Source of the DNA: an uncultured Nitrososphaerales archaeon
Lineage (GTDB): Archaea > Thermoproteota > Nitrososphaeria > Nitrososphaerales > Nitrososphaeraceae
Assembly (NCBI GenBank): GCA_963841565.1
Contig: CAWJCY010000012.1
Location: 1 to 64,000 of the forward strand
Reading direction: 5' to 3'
Length of the DNA: 64,000 nt
Of the stretch, positions 21,542-33,136 are shown in pieces (positions within the stretch are counted from its first letter, which is position 1; every line of letters starts with the position of its first letter). Below the pieces are notes generated by a model, which was not told the DNA's origin, did no database searches, and worked only from the letters and a program-made list of their open reading frames with translations. A program made the position numbers and the translations under genes.

Positions 21542-22081
21542 TCAAGAGCGCCTGACAATATCGTGCCTACTTTTAACTATCATTAGGACGTACGAGGCCG
21601 TAACAGGAATAATAAGTAAGAATGCAACATTCAGAACTGGATCGTTTAAAGTGCCAGATAACAGAGCACTAATGATGTATCTTACAAGAATAACAGTGAT
21701 AGGAACGATAAGTGCAAAATAAGCGATCAGGTAGAGACGCTTCGTAAAAACAGAAAGTTTGTGTTCTTGCCCAATGTACAATCCAAAGATTACAAACGCC
21801 AATCCCATCATGAAGACAATAATGGTCAGGTTTAGCTGGATGATACTTCCTTGTCTTGATTTTTCCAAAAGCTCAATTATGGTATCAAGGCGATTTTCTG
21901 TTTGATTACTCGTGTTCTTAAATGAATCCTGACCAAGGACTGCTTGCTGGGCCCAAATAGCATAACCCACCTCTAATAGAGTAAATAAAAGTAACAGCAA
22001 TGAAATCTTCGAATGACTCAATAGCAATAATGTTTTTTTGTATGAGCGATAATTAAAGCTATCAGACTTTGTCTCTATCAA
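21542..22081 (-). CDS. Hypothetical membrane protein
   Basis: Signal-like segment plus 3 TM helices. Confidence 0.55.
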   Translation of the reverse strand: MIETKSDSFNYRSYKKTLLLLSHSKISLLLLLFTLLEVGYAIWAQQAVLGQDSFKNTSNQTENRLDTIIELLEKSRQGSIIQLNLTIIVFMMGLAFVIFGLYIGQEHKLSVFTKRLYLIAYFALIVPITVILVRYIISALLSGTLNDPVLNVAFLLIIPVTASYVLMIVKSRHDIVRRS

Positions 22082-22252
22082 GACTAGACTAAGTCAAGTT
22101 TACTGGCCATTAACAAGTATTATCATTATTTTTTGTGGGCTATTTGCGTCGTTATACTTACTGAATAAATGATCCTATCAAGGGAGTAGTATGAGTTTTT
22201 GTTCCATCACTTACACATTATCCACAGATCTGATATTGAATATTTAATTAAA

Positions 22253-22639
22253 TTAGTATCCTACTCTCTTCATCTTTGAACCGCATATAGGACAAGCGAT
22301 TTCCCTGTGCTCGTTGCCGCAATTCATGCAATAGTAATTGACTGGTCCATAGTCATTTTCTGTAGAAGGAGATCCTTTGAAAGATGAAATTGATCTAAAG
22401 AAATCCTTGATACTCATAAAATCAGTACTGCTACCTATACTATTCCTCTTATGATCAACATCTAATTTTCTAAAGAGCTGGTTTCTTCTGTACCAGCTAA
22501 GTAGCAAGAATGCAAACAATGCAACAATAAAATCAACGGGAAAAGGCAAGAACAACATGATAATAACGGTGATAGCCATGTAAATCGCCGCCCATTTAAG
22601 TTGATATATGGCAAGCTGTTTTTTATTAAGATCTTCCAT
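22253..22639 (-). CDS. Two-TM membrane protein with C-terminal zinc ribbon
   Basis: YYCMNCG...ACPICGSKM. Confidence 0.7.
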   Translation of the reverse strand: MEDLNKKQLAIYQLKWAAIYMAITVIIMLFLPFPVDFIVALFAFLLLSWYRRNQLFRKLDVDHKRNSIGSSTDFMSIKDFFRSISSFKGSPSTENDYGPVNYYCMNCGNEHREIACPICGSKMKRVGY

Positions 22640-22743
22640 CTGTTCCTATTATTATCATTATTCTGATCATGAATTTAACATTATGCTTGTAAAATATTGC
22701 CACCTACTAACAGACAGTTGAAGGGATATGGCTACTCAGTCGA

Positions 22744-23979
22744 CTATGTGATTTTTGATTTTTTCAGATATTGATTCAATAGAATAGGATTTACTAATAG
22801 ATTAATCGCGATTAGAGGTATGATTAAACTGATGAATAGATTCTTGAATTCATATTCTGCAGAAAGTGAAAGAACCAATGCCACTGTCATGCCTCCTCTT
22901 ATTCCCCCGAGGGTAAGAACGTTCTGCCATTTGACAGGAATTTTTACTCTAAAGATTCTTAAAAAAGTACTTCCACCGTAAACTACAACAGCTCTAGACA
23001 TCATCATTATGACAAATGGGGCTACCAGGATGAGAATTAGTGGATACCCAATACTTTCAGCTGTTCCTACAGCAAGCAAAGGAATTCCTATAAGGAAAAA
23101 CAAAATGCTATTTGTTACGAAACCTAAATAGTCCCAGTATTTGTGGAACAGTTTTCTAACACCAGTAGAAATCTCTTTGTGCTTAGTAATTAGTAGCAAT
23201 GCAGTAAACAAAGTAGTAACTACTCCAGAAACATGCAGAAAGTGGTCTGCTACTATATAGCCGCTGATGGCCAAGCCTAAGGAAAAAGTGAAGTCGACGT
23301 ACTCATCAGCCTTCCATTTATCGAGAACTTTTCCACCAACCCACCCTATTGCCGTACCAAGAGCAATTGCACCAACCATTGACCAGATAAAAGAGATAGA
23401 CGCATCCAGTAGTGAAAATGCGACTCCCGAAAAGATTATCCCTCTAATAACATTAAAAGAGATAACTCCAGTTGCATCATTAAACAAAGACTCACCTTCA
23501 ATAATAATATTCAACTTATGCGGAATTGGAAATTTCTTAAATATGACACCCACGGCTACAGGATCGGTAGCAGCCAAAATAGCCCCAAGAAGCAAGGCAT
23601 CAATAAATGGAATCTGAAATATGCCATTGACTGCAATCCCTATAATTATGATAGTTAATATTACTCCTATAATTGCAAAGAACCCTATTGGTATAGCTTC
23701 TTTTTTGATCTGTCCAATTTTTAACTTGCGTCCAGATTCAAAGATCAAAATAGGAATAATAACTAAAAGTATTATTTCTGGTAGTCCTTCAATGAAATTG
23801 TACAATTCGTCTACTTCAAAACCAATAATAGGAGCAGCTGCCAAGATTGCCCCAAGGAACATCAGAAAAGTTACACCGGGTATGATAAAGTTTCTGGTGT
23901 AACGGCGTACTGCGGAGATGATAACTAATAGTAGGCTAAGGCTGAGCATGAAAGTTACTATTAGCTCACCTTCGGCCAC
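22744..23979 (-). CDS. CPA1-family Na+/H+ antiporter (NhaP-like)
   Basis: ATDPVAV, EGESLFND, GGIRGG motifs; 12-13 TMs. Confidence 0.92.
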   Translation of the reverse strand: MAEGELIVTFMLSLSLLLVIISAVRRYTRNFIIPGVTFLMFLGAILAAAPIIGFEVDELYNFIEGLPEIILLVIIPILIFESGRKLKIGQIKKEAIPIGFFAIIGVILTIIIIGIAVNGIFQIPFIDALLLGAILAATDPVAVGVIFKKFPIPHKLNIIIEGESLFNDATGVISFNVIRGIIFSGVAFSLLDASISFIWSMVGAIALGTAIGWVGGKVLDKWKADEYVDFTFSLGLAISGYIVADHFLHVSGVVTTLFTALLLITKHKEISTGVRKLFHKYWDYLGFVTNSILFFLIGIPLLAVGTAESIGYPLILILVAPFVIMMMSRAVVVYGGSTFLRIFRVKIPVKWQNVLTLGGIRGGMTVALVLSLSAEYEFKNLFISLIIPLIAINLLVNPILLNQYLKKSKIT

Positions 23980-24522
23980 GAAATACGTATTCTGGGCTTT
24001 GATTTAATCATTGCTACTTCTTGGCAGTGCAAAATGAGATCCGTACTACTTTGACTTCAACATTCGACCCTGATCCTGAACCGGATAACTTGGGAGACTG
24101 GACAAAGAAGCCACAACGCATGATTATAAGACGATTCGTAGATCGGCAAAATTATCTTGCGGCATTGGATTTGTCATGTGTTATCTAGTACCCGATTTCG
24201 TTTACCATTTGCAACTTTTCTCCGCTGATAAACTGTGAATCTCGCGCCGGCAGACATGAGCCATGTTACTGTCGCATCACAGTTAAAGCCGACATAGGAT
24301 CCTCAAGTCATAATTATTAGCTGCGGGTGCATATACACATTATTTCAAATTATGAGTGGTAGCTGATGTGGAACCGCTATCCACTCTGCTACTCCATTTT
24401 CTACTTTACTTATTGCGTACGAAATAGCATTAAGTTTAGTCGAACCCATGTTATGCTTGAACCATCCCGTACCCGCATACGGTGTGACCCCATAATAATA
24501 ATAAATATACCAGATAGTATGA

Positions 24523-26019
24523 ATGAGATTTATGAAACCCAACATCAACAGAGCTTTAATATTTCAAGGCGGTGGCTCACTTGGTGCATATGAAGCAGGT
24601 GCATACAAAGCTATCTATGAGGATCTTTCAGCATTTTTTAAAACAGAAGGCAGGGAAAACGAGCCGATATTTCATATCATATCTGGAACGTCAATTGGCG
24701 CGATAAATGCTACCTTATTGGTAAGCTATGTAAAGGAAAATAAGACATGGGAAGGATCTGGTGAAATGCTTGTCGATTTTTGGGAATATCTTTCTACACA
24801 ACCATCAGTTGAAAACATACCTTACTTTACGGCTTATTGGGATTCTTGGCGTAAATTAGATAGTCGAATTGCATCTGGAGAATCAGCCAGAAGATATTTC
24901 AGCACTAAGGAATTTATTTTTAAGGGAGTTCCTAACGTATTTGTACCTAAGACGCCCCTGCCAGACCATAGGTTTTTTGATCCGTCAAATACGTGGTATA
25001 TCTATGACAACAGACCATTAAAGGAAAGCCTGGAAAAGTTTGCAAAATTTCCTATTTCCACAAGCTTCGAAAATAATGAACCTAGACTCCTGCTAGTCGC
25101 TGTGGATGTACTGGATCTTACGCCTGTGGTTTTTGATAGCTATGAAAAAGAGGATGGAACAAGAAAGTCAGAATATGGGAGATTTGGTAGAGTGAAATTT
25201 GGTCATTCCGAGAAAGATCAGGAAAATACTGAGGGATTTGAACATGTTATAAGATACGACGATGGCATTATTGCAGATTTCGTCTTGGCAAGCTGTTCAG
25301 TTCCAGTAAATTATGATTATACTAGACTAAATGTGGAGAGCCGTGCTTTGGTGGGAGGAGGGCAAGGTGACAACGCAGATTCTGGAGATAATAATAGACC
25401 TTCTTCTTCTTCTTCTACGGTTGTCAATAGCAGCTTACGAAGTTTCTGGGATGGTGGGCTATTAGCTAATACTCCACTAAGACAGACTGTACTTGCTCAT
25501 AGGGAATATTGGCATAAAGTGAGGAAAGAAGAGAACATACCCAGACTGAGATATGGCATAATAAATCTTCATCCAGCTAAACAAGATTATCTTCCTTCAG
25601 ATTATGACGGTGTTGTTGATAGAAAGAATGACATCATATTCCATGACCGAACAGCATTTGATGAAAATGTTGCAGTTCTATTGTCTGATTTCATAAGGTT
25701 AGCCAAAACTCTCATTAAATTAGCCGAAGAAAATGGTGTGAACAAAGAGGTGCTGCAAAAGACTCTGAAGGAAGAAACCAGGGCAGTCTATCTTGCCACT
25801 GGGAAGCATTTTAGGTTTGATGAATTACTCAAGGCTAATGTAGATGTTGATTTTGTTGTTCGTCTGGATCGAAAGAATGACAGTCATACTATTTCAAATA
25901 AGACATTTGACTTTTCAAAAACTACAATCCAACAGTTAATTCAAGATGGATACCAGGAAACTAAGGAACAGATGAAAGAAGTGCTTGCAAGAATAAGAAG
26001 AGAATTGTCTGGCAAATAG
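24523..26019 (+). CDS. Patatin-like phospholipase
   Basis: QGGGSLG, GTSIG nucleophile elbow, WDGG. Confidence 0.9.
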   Translation: MRFMKPNINRALIFQGGGSLGAYEAGAYKAIYEDLSAFFKTEGRENEPIFHIISGTSIGAINATLLVSYVKENKTWEGSGEMLVDFWEYLSTQPSVENIPYFTAYWDSWRKLDSRIASGESARRYFSTKEFIFKGVPNVFVPKTPLPDHRFFDPSNTWYIYDNRPLKESLEKFAKFPISTSFENNEPRLLLVAVDVLDLTPVVFDSYEKEDGTRKSEYGRFGRVKFGHSEKDQENTEGFEHVIRYDDGIIADFVLASCSVPVNYDYTRLNVESRALVGGGQGDNADSGDNNRPSSSSSTVVNSSLRSFWDGGLLANTPLRQTVLAHREYWHKVRKEENIPRLRYGIINLHPAKQDYLPSDYDGVVDRKNDIIFHDRTAFDENVAVLLSDFIRLAKTLIKLAEENGVNKEVLQKTLKEETRAVYLATGKHFRFDELLKANVDVDFVVRLDRKNDSHTISNKTFDFSKTTIQQLIQDGYQETKEQMKEVLARIRRELSGK

Positions 26020-26530
26020 TCACTTTTCATATTCTGCTAATCTGTATTCGTTGAAAGTCTCTTCTATAAATGAAGCAGATTCTCTTGAAAGGATCCTCTG
26101 TTGCAGGCATTCAGTAATAGGTATCATATAGTTTGTTAGAATACTTATCTATTGAGACATTTTCGTTCCTTTGCTTTGGCGCCCGCAAATTCGTTAGTGA
26201 AAACACCAAATCCTTATTCAATTGTCTATTGTACGTTCAAGGCTGATTGCAAGTGAAATTTAAGGAGATATCAGACCTAGTGTATCCGACATAAACAATG
26301 GGGTTACCATATCAACGTACATATGCAAGCAAACCCTGACCGAAATTCGCAGGCAGAGAAAGAATCTGTCACCCCAGAATGTATTTGAGCTAAAATTGCC
26401 GTTTCGAAAAATAAATCGGTGCGATAGACTAGTCCTGCCTCCACAGCTTTGTTATCAACTCAACCGGTGCCACATGCATAACCCGTCTATCTAATTCGTA
26501 TAGTATGGAATCTTACTAGCTCCAACACTC

Positions 26531-27143
26531 TTACTTCTCAGTGACATTAGCTAGAAATTTGTATATCACATAGCCGGTGACATATTCGTTTGCGGAGGAG
26601 GGAATCCAAGTAGCTGAAGTCAAAAGTACGTATGATCCTTTAGGCAAGTTAATTGTAAATGTACTTGTATCCTCTTCCGTAGCATTTAGCACAGCAACGG
26701 AAGTGCCATTGATCGCGTAGGCAGATATATCCAGACTATCAGGTGGCAAGGTCCTAGGAGTTCCCACCACAACGAACTGCGCGCACGTATCTTTTATTAT
26801 CTCTACAGCCTCAGCTGGAAGATCTGAACTAATATTTTCTGGAAGAATGTCAAGATTGCCAAACGTTTCACCTTCTCTGTATTTGGATTGCGACAGCTCT
26901 CCTTGATATGTTCTATCTCCATAGATCATATACATGTTAGGTGGAAGAACGTCCTCCTTTGCGGAAGGAAGAGTAACATTACCCGTCATTGGCTCACAGC
27001 GGGAGCATCCAAATTACTCCCAGGAATAGATTCGACTTCTTCTTGGCTAATGCAACTGACAAAAAGCCTGCTGGCCCAGAAGTGAACAAGCATAGAGAAC
27101 TGAAGAGTAGCACCATTGCAGTCTTGTATTCACAGCGTTTCAT
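26531..27143 (-). CDS. Putative exported beta-sandwich protein, 5' part frameshifted
   Basis: Signal peptide (MKRCEYKTAMVLLF...SVALA) lies in ORF 26994-27185, body in 26531-26989. Confidence 0.45.
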
Positions 27144-27348
27144 CACCAAATAATGTTCTTTCACATTCAATGCAAAATAATACATGTACTGATTTCTTAA
27201 AAAGACTATCTAGAGTACTAATTTCACATAGCAAATCCTATCTATAATCATTCTAGCATCAATAAGCGGTTTAAAAAAAGCCCCACAATTCGCATCAGAT
27301 CGCAAGCGACTTCACGCTCAGGACTTTGTTGCTCTTGAACTAGCATCG

Positions 27349-27600
27349 TCAATCCATATAGCGTTCTAGACCTTCATTTGAACTAGCGTACTCAAAGTCC
27401 CCGTCTGGTAATATATCAAGGTGAGAGGGAAAATGTTCTGAACAGTAATAATTGGTGCATTTTTTACATTGAGTGGTTGGCTTGTCGAAGCAATTTACTA
27501 TACCGCATATGCCTCCCTTCCCTGACCTTCGTGTCCATTCATTTATCTCCTCTTCAGTTGGTAGGTCGTCAGTGAGTAAGTGTATGTCTGTCTCCCCCAT
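27349..27600 (-). CDS. Small Zn-finger protein
   Basis: CGIVNC-x7-CKKC-x4-CSEH-x3-H, same spacing as 16041-16199. Confidence 0.7.
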   Translation of the reverse strand: MGETDIHLLTDDLPTEEEINEWTRRSGKGGICGIVNCFDKPTTQCKKCTNYYCSEHFPSHLDILPDGDFEYASSNEGLERYMD

Positions 27601-27889
27601 TTATCAGGGCTTGGAAGGACAGAATAGACGAAGATGCAGATTACGAACAGCAGATCTCTTTCTACAAGAAAAACTATCCATCAGTCTATGATCTGCAGTT
27701 CTTACAACAGAATATGTTATGTGATTCCGGTAACCTTTTCAAAGGAACAAATGCAAAAGCTAGCCCGTTCTAAAGAAATGATGGAATATCAAAAGGGGTA
27801 TGTGGCTATTCATCCACGATACAACAATGATATGTTCACTATCAACCACTGCAATGCCAAAGAAACGGTTGTTTGTTAAGGTGTTGTGG

Positions 27890-28264
27890 TCAGCTTTGCA
27901 ACAGCCCCCCTGCTTCAGAAGATAGTGATATCCTGTTATGATCTATGACGCCATTCGCCCCAGCGACAAGTAAGATTCCGATCTGGCCAGGGCTCTCCGA
28001 TTTCTCAGCGGCAACATTGTTACTGTATGAAACCTTTATTGTTGAGTCCCCTCCAAAGCTAAAAATTCCGTGGTCACGATAGTCTTCAACAGTTGTCCAT
28101 GTTACAGTTGCATCTCCCTCTGCAAAAATCCCGTTGTAAGTACAATCTTTAATGGAAGCGAAGTCTAGGTTGAGAGTTGCATCTATCATAACGCTTATTC
28201 CGATTAGTCCCTGAGGACATGACGTACGGCTGGGGGCACTTACGGCAAGTCCCTTCGCATACAT
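27890..28264 (-). pseudogene. Parallel beta-helix (pectin-lyase-like) protein fragment
   Basis: Repeating NGIF / HGIF / IGIL turns and IDHNRI. Confidence 0.45.
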
Positions 28265-28549
28265 GCGAGAATGATAATATTAGTATGGACATCACTGAAA
28301 TTTAACGAGGGAATCTAGGCAGATCAACGACATGACGCTATGCAAATCCAATTATGATACGGTCGCTGCTAATTACGAGAATCCTGGAGGATTGAGAGCT
28401 CATAGTGAATGAAGGGATGTTCGTTGCACCCTTTTTTAAAAGCACGTAGACTCAAATGGATAACGACGCGCAAGGCACAAAACAATCAGGGTAAAAAGAA
28501 ATTTCTTAACAATAAACCTTATTAAAATCTATGTTAATCAACTTTTGGA

Positions 28550-28972
28550 TTGAATGTGCTCACAAACCTAACCCTATATTCTCTGGGTCTTAGCGCTTTG
28601 ATAGTGCTTACAGCCTTATTGATCCCGCCAAATTACATACTATCAGTTCATGCTCAGCTGATCTATATGGATGAGGTTGTAGAAGTCAAGATTTCAAAGG
28701 GATCTTCAGCTATTAATAATACTCAATTCTATGCACCTCCTGAAGTTCAAGTAGCTGCTGGTAACAGTATCAAATGGACCAATGATGACAATGTCATTCA
28801 TACGGTAACCCAAGGCAAGCCGTCAGAAGGTGCAAATTCTACAGGGTTTAATTCAGGTCCAATCCAGCCCGGGGGCACATTTGTGCACTTTTTTGATGAA
28901 AGCGGGACAGTCGATTACTACTGTACTATCCATCCGCACATGATAGGAAAGGTTATTGTAAATCCGTACTGA
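28550..28972 (+). CDS. Exported blue-copper cupredoxin (plastocyanin-like)
   Basis: WTNDDNVIHTVT ... YYCTIHPHMIG type-1 Cu ligands. Confidence 0.9.
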   Translation: MNVLTNLTLYSLGLSALIVLTALLIPPNYILSVHAQLIYMDEVVEVKISKGSSAINNTQFYAPPEVQVAAGNSIKWTNDDNVIHTVTQGKPSEGANSTGFNSGPIQPGGTFVHFFDESGTVDYYCTIHPHMIGKVIVNPY

Positions 28973-29365
28973 GTGGAGACGATAAAAAGTTCAAGGTCAC
29001 CAGAGAAATGAGTAAATTGTGAATTGTGAATTATATCTACTGGCTGGCACAGGCGAAATCATGTTAGACGCCGCTTCCAATACTTTGACTCAAACTTTAG
29101 CAAATGCATAACCCACCTAACGAATATTCACCAATCAGTTGCTGACCTATGTTTGAAGGCCCGCTGGTATACGCGAGCGGAGCGAATGAAAACACCAATA
29201 GTACTATTAGCATTGCTAAACGCATCGGCGGAAGAAGACTATGATATAACTGTTGTTACTATTACCAGCTTCTGTATTGCAACACATAACCATATATGTA
29301 CTTTATTTCTCAAATACTCTTCTTTTAGATATGCTACTCTATTTTGATGCCAGGCAGGCACAAAA

Positions 29366-30654
29366 TTATTTTGACACTTGCTGCTTGCCTCCTTCATTAC
29401 CAGACGACTGTGAATGAGGTTTCGGAAGTAGGGGCGTGATCGCTTTCGATACTATGAAACCGATGACTGCCCCAATAACAATTACTGGCAATAGATCTGT
29501 TTGTCCTCCCATAAGCCCGAGTAAGAGAGATATCGTCAAAGGAAGTGGGAAGACAGCGCACGCAAGGGCTGCCATCCCCACGGTCACTGCCACTCCTTCA
29601 GGAATGAATGTGAGGCCCTTGGAAATCGCAAGCCCTAACGTACCACCTATGAAAAGTAACGGGAATATAGGCCCACCTTCAAATCCTGTGGCAAAGGATG
29701 TGCTTGTTAGGAGTGCTTTAACAACAACCATAACAAGCAAAAGTCCTATGCCAAAGGAGGCAGGGTTATGGATAATTTGAAGCAGCTGATTCTGACCAGA
29801 GTACAGTGTCAATGGAAGAAACGTCCCGATGAGGCCTATGACTACGCCACCTATGATCGCTCGGCCAACCGGTCTCTTGGCAAACCGGGCAAAGACACGG
29901 TGAACAATACCAAAGATCAACTTGAACATGATTCCGCCAAACCCAGCTATGATGCCTACAAGTAAAGCCCACCACAAATCAACAAGGTGCGGTGACGCAT
30001 ATTCAGGGAAGCTGTAAATTCCTAGAAATGACTCCTGCAGTATTGCGGAGTAGACGCCAAATCCAACAGCGCCAGCCAATAGGCCTGGAATCAAATGACG
30101 ATCTGAGATCCAACTCTTTAATGAACATGTACTCGATGGCTCCAACGGCTCCAATCACGGGTGAACCAAAGAAGCCGCCGAATGCCCCGGCTATTGAACT
30201 GTAAACGAGTACCTGAACATCGTCTTTCTTGAGTTTGAGTCGTTCTGAAAGATAAGTTCCGAAACCTCCAGTCAGAAAAGTAAGAGGACCTTCAGGACCA
30301 ACTGGAGCTCCGCTCCACAGCGATATGAATGCTTGAAGCATAATGGCTCGGCACTTTGCGAGGATTGATTCGGCCAGTCTGGGCATATTGACTCTGGGCA
30401 ACTCCCAGTCCTCCATTCTGACCAAATCACTTGATAACAAGGCCGACAAATACCCCTGCAACCGTGAGCAAGACCAGTGGCCACACGTTGATATTAAGCA
30501 CAATTAGGTTTACTTGCTCAAAGAACTTGATGCCTTGATTATAAAGTGTGATATAACCCACAGTAAGCAGGGAGGATAAGGCGCCGAACAGTGCTGCATA
30601 GATCATCAACTTGTAATAGCCGATCTTCAATGGTGCGTCTGGTTCGATTGTCAT
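29366..30654 (-). pseudogene. ClC-family chloride channel/transporter, disrupted
   Basis: GAPVGPEGP and GFEGGPIFP motifs across three ORFs; in-frame TGA at 30427 plus frameshifts. Confidence 0.8.
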
Positions 30655-30846
30655 AGTGAATTACTCGTTCCAGTGGCTGCCGTATTTATTTTTGACAAAA
30701 TAGCAATTGAAGTCGGTGTTAGTAATCTCAGAGATTCAATTAATTTCAAAGCGAGTTAATGTGGTTATTAATAACCCGGATATTAAAATCAAACTCAGAT
30801 AGAATAGGAATCTGCTCTGCACGGGCAAAAATGATACACCGGGTTT

Positions 30847-30947
30847 CGGTTCCCTTCCCCGAAGCACAATTGAGGTAGGGAGGAAAGGCCAAATACTGGA
30901 CTGGCCAAAAAGAGCCTGTTCCCGGCAGGAGAGATGGCTCGGGACCG
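30847..30947 (+). ncRNA. Candidate four-way-junction structured RNA
   Basis: GC-rich island: CGGTTCC/GGGACCG, CTTCCC/GGGAGG, GGCCA/TGGCC, GAGCC/GGCTC joined by A-only linkers. Confidence 0.45.
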
Positions 30948-31098
30948 CTTATGGATGAAGGATATTTTCGCTATTTAAGGGATTATATCATTGTCGCACT
31001 TGATAGTTAGCAATCGCTAGTTATTGGCAACAATTTATTTGATTTTAGTATAGTGTAATAAAAAACGCCAATTTGAGCCCGTTTGGACAAAATATGTC

Positions 31099-31167
31099 TG
31101 TTTACAACCGTTAACAGGTCTTGTTAACACGACGAAAAAATGTTTACATTATTCGAAAATGTTAACA
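31099..31167. promoter_or_regulatory. Cluster of five (T/C)GTTWACA boxes
   Basis: Copies at 31099, 31109, 31122, 31141 and 31160 in a divergent intergenic region. Confidence 0.45.
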
Positions 31168-31535
31168 ATGTATATTGAACACTTTTAGAAATTCACGCTC
31201 AACAATTTGACTGATTCTGAACAGATGATGTTGTATAATATATTTACAAAATATTTCCCTAGAGGGCATGTGTCAGAATTGTCAATGCTGCCAGTCAAGA
31301 CAGCTATGTTGTCGAATTGGAGACAGACTGCAGTTTAAGACAACTCTCCCTCTGAATAAATTGGGCTTAATTGTTTCCTCCTATGACAACTATAGAATTC
31401 ATTCAACCCATATAGCGACTTTCTTGGTCTATAACGTTCGAGAAATCAGAAGATCGAGAAGTAGGTCATCTGAATAGCTGCTCTAGGTAGCAAAATTAAT
31501 ATTCTACCCGAGTATTTAAGGGTAATAGAAGGCTT

Positions 31536-32012
31536 TTGGCGAAAATTAACGTGTTAAAGCTTATGGCAGTTACCATTACGACTATTGCCTTGACGGCATT
31601 GATGCCAACTATGAATGGGATTCTACTTGTTACTCCCACATTCGCACAGGAAGAAGAGGAAAAAAGTGGAGATCTCACTGAAGCCGAGGATAATGTGCCT
31701 TTCGGGGGAGATAATGCGGGTACTTTCAGTATTGGGCCAGATCGGTACGGGATAAGGGTGCAGGTGGACATGAGTGACCCACCAACCAATGGCACGGTAT
31801 ATGTAGCTTGGTTGGTAGACAATTCTACGGACAATGACATAGCCATTGGGCAGCTCGTTGACGACGAATTGGCAGCCACTCAGCAGATAACAAACTCGAG
31901 TTTGTATAATCTAATTGAAGTGACAGAAGAATCTCCAGATGCTCTCGGTACTTCAAGAAATCAGTCGGCGGTAGTTGCCGGTGCTGAGCTTGAAGGTCAG
32001 CCAGCGGATTAA
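31536..32012 (+). CDS. Secreted protein with RskA-C (anti-sigma-K)-like domain
   Basis: Signal ending TFAQ; VYVAWLVD...IGQL...IEVTEE. Confidence 0.6.
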   Translation: MAKINVLKLMAVTITTIALTALMPTMNGILLVTPTFAQEEEEKSGDLTEAEDNVPFGGDNAGTFSIGPDRYGIRVQVDMSDPPTNGTVYVAWLVDNSTDNDIAIGQLVDDELAATQQITNSSLYNLIEVTEESPDALGTSRNQSAVVAGAELEGQPAD

Positions 32013-33136
32013 GTAGTCCCTCTTCTTTTACTTCCGGTCAGTAGTCATCGGTTTACTTTAGCCGTGCAAATTAGAAAATCATCACAGATGGGTTATCCCA
32101 TCTAGAGTGCTGTGGTAACAGATCTAGACACCAAACTGTGGCAAATCCGACCTCATCTTCTGTTACCTGCTACACCTGAATGTCCAGTCCCTTTTTATTT
32201 CGCAATAAACACAAAAAAACTGTCTTGTCAATGAGACCAACTGGTTGTTCCAATTCCTTTCTTTTATTTCAGAACATTCTCTACTTTGCTTTGAAGCAAA
32301 GTACATTAACTTTGATGTCAAAACTTCTACTACTATTCCACTTCCAATTTTGAAGTGTTTGAATTTCACAGGATCCTAGGAACCTGGATACGATAGATCC
32401 ATGTCGGCATCAAATCTGAACGAGTGGGTAACAGCATCAGTTGATAATAACAATATTATGCGTTCTCTAATTCAGTCGGTATCAAATCCATGGCAATATT
32501 CATCTACGGATCTTCTATTAGTATTCTATTCATCACTGGCATGCGCGGAACGAATGTGATTGCAACTGTTCCGATGCATTGTTACTCTGGAGAACCTTTA
32601 CAACTCCAATGATATTTTTTACCCTGAAAATAGAACCGATTTATGCTAGGATAGGTATTAGTTGGTGTGAAAGGTCTAACTTGCAAGATGATGACTCCAT
32701 AAGTATAGTTACCTCAGAGGATTTACGACATTATTTTTGAAATGACACCAATTGAGCGCTCCAAACATGAGAGTCAGTCTTAACGTTATATGCAACAATG
32801 AATCAATTCCTTGGTCTCTTTGTGGATCAGATTAGGAATCATCAGAGGAATCCTATGGTTAGTCGTCCTGTTAGGCTTAGAGACGGGGAAATCGTAGTAG
32901 GATAGTTGCGTTCCTACCAAAGGGATATCAATATGCAATGGCTGATTACTTTGGTAACTCAATAAGCGAGGATATTCCAACACTAATGTCGTGGATACAT
33001 TCGTCCTCCTCCTGAAATCAAGTGTACAAGTATATCAATTTCCTATCAATCATAACATATAATGCGCACATTTACAATTATTTTTGATTAAATAGAACAG
33101 ACATGTTTATTTATTTCACTTTTAGTATATCGTAAT

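Noticed and set aside
30655-30960. Fluoride riboswitch upstream of the ClC gene
   Set aside because: No GGCGAUGG-like consensus on the minus strand; the structured element favours the opposite strand
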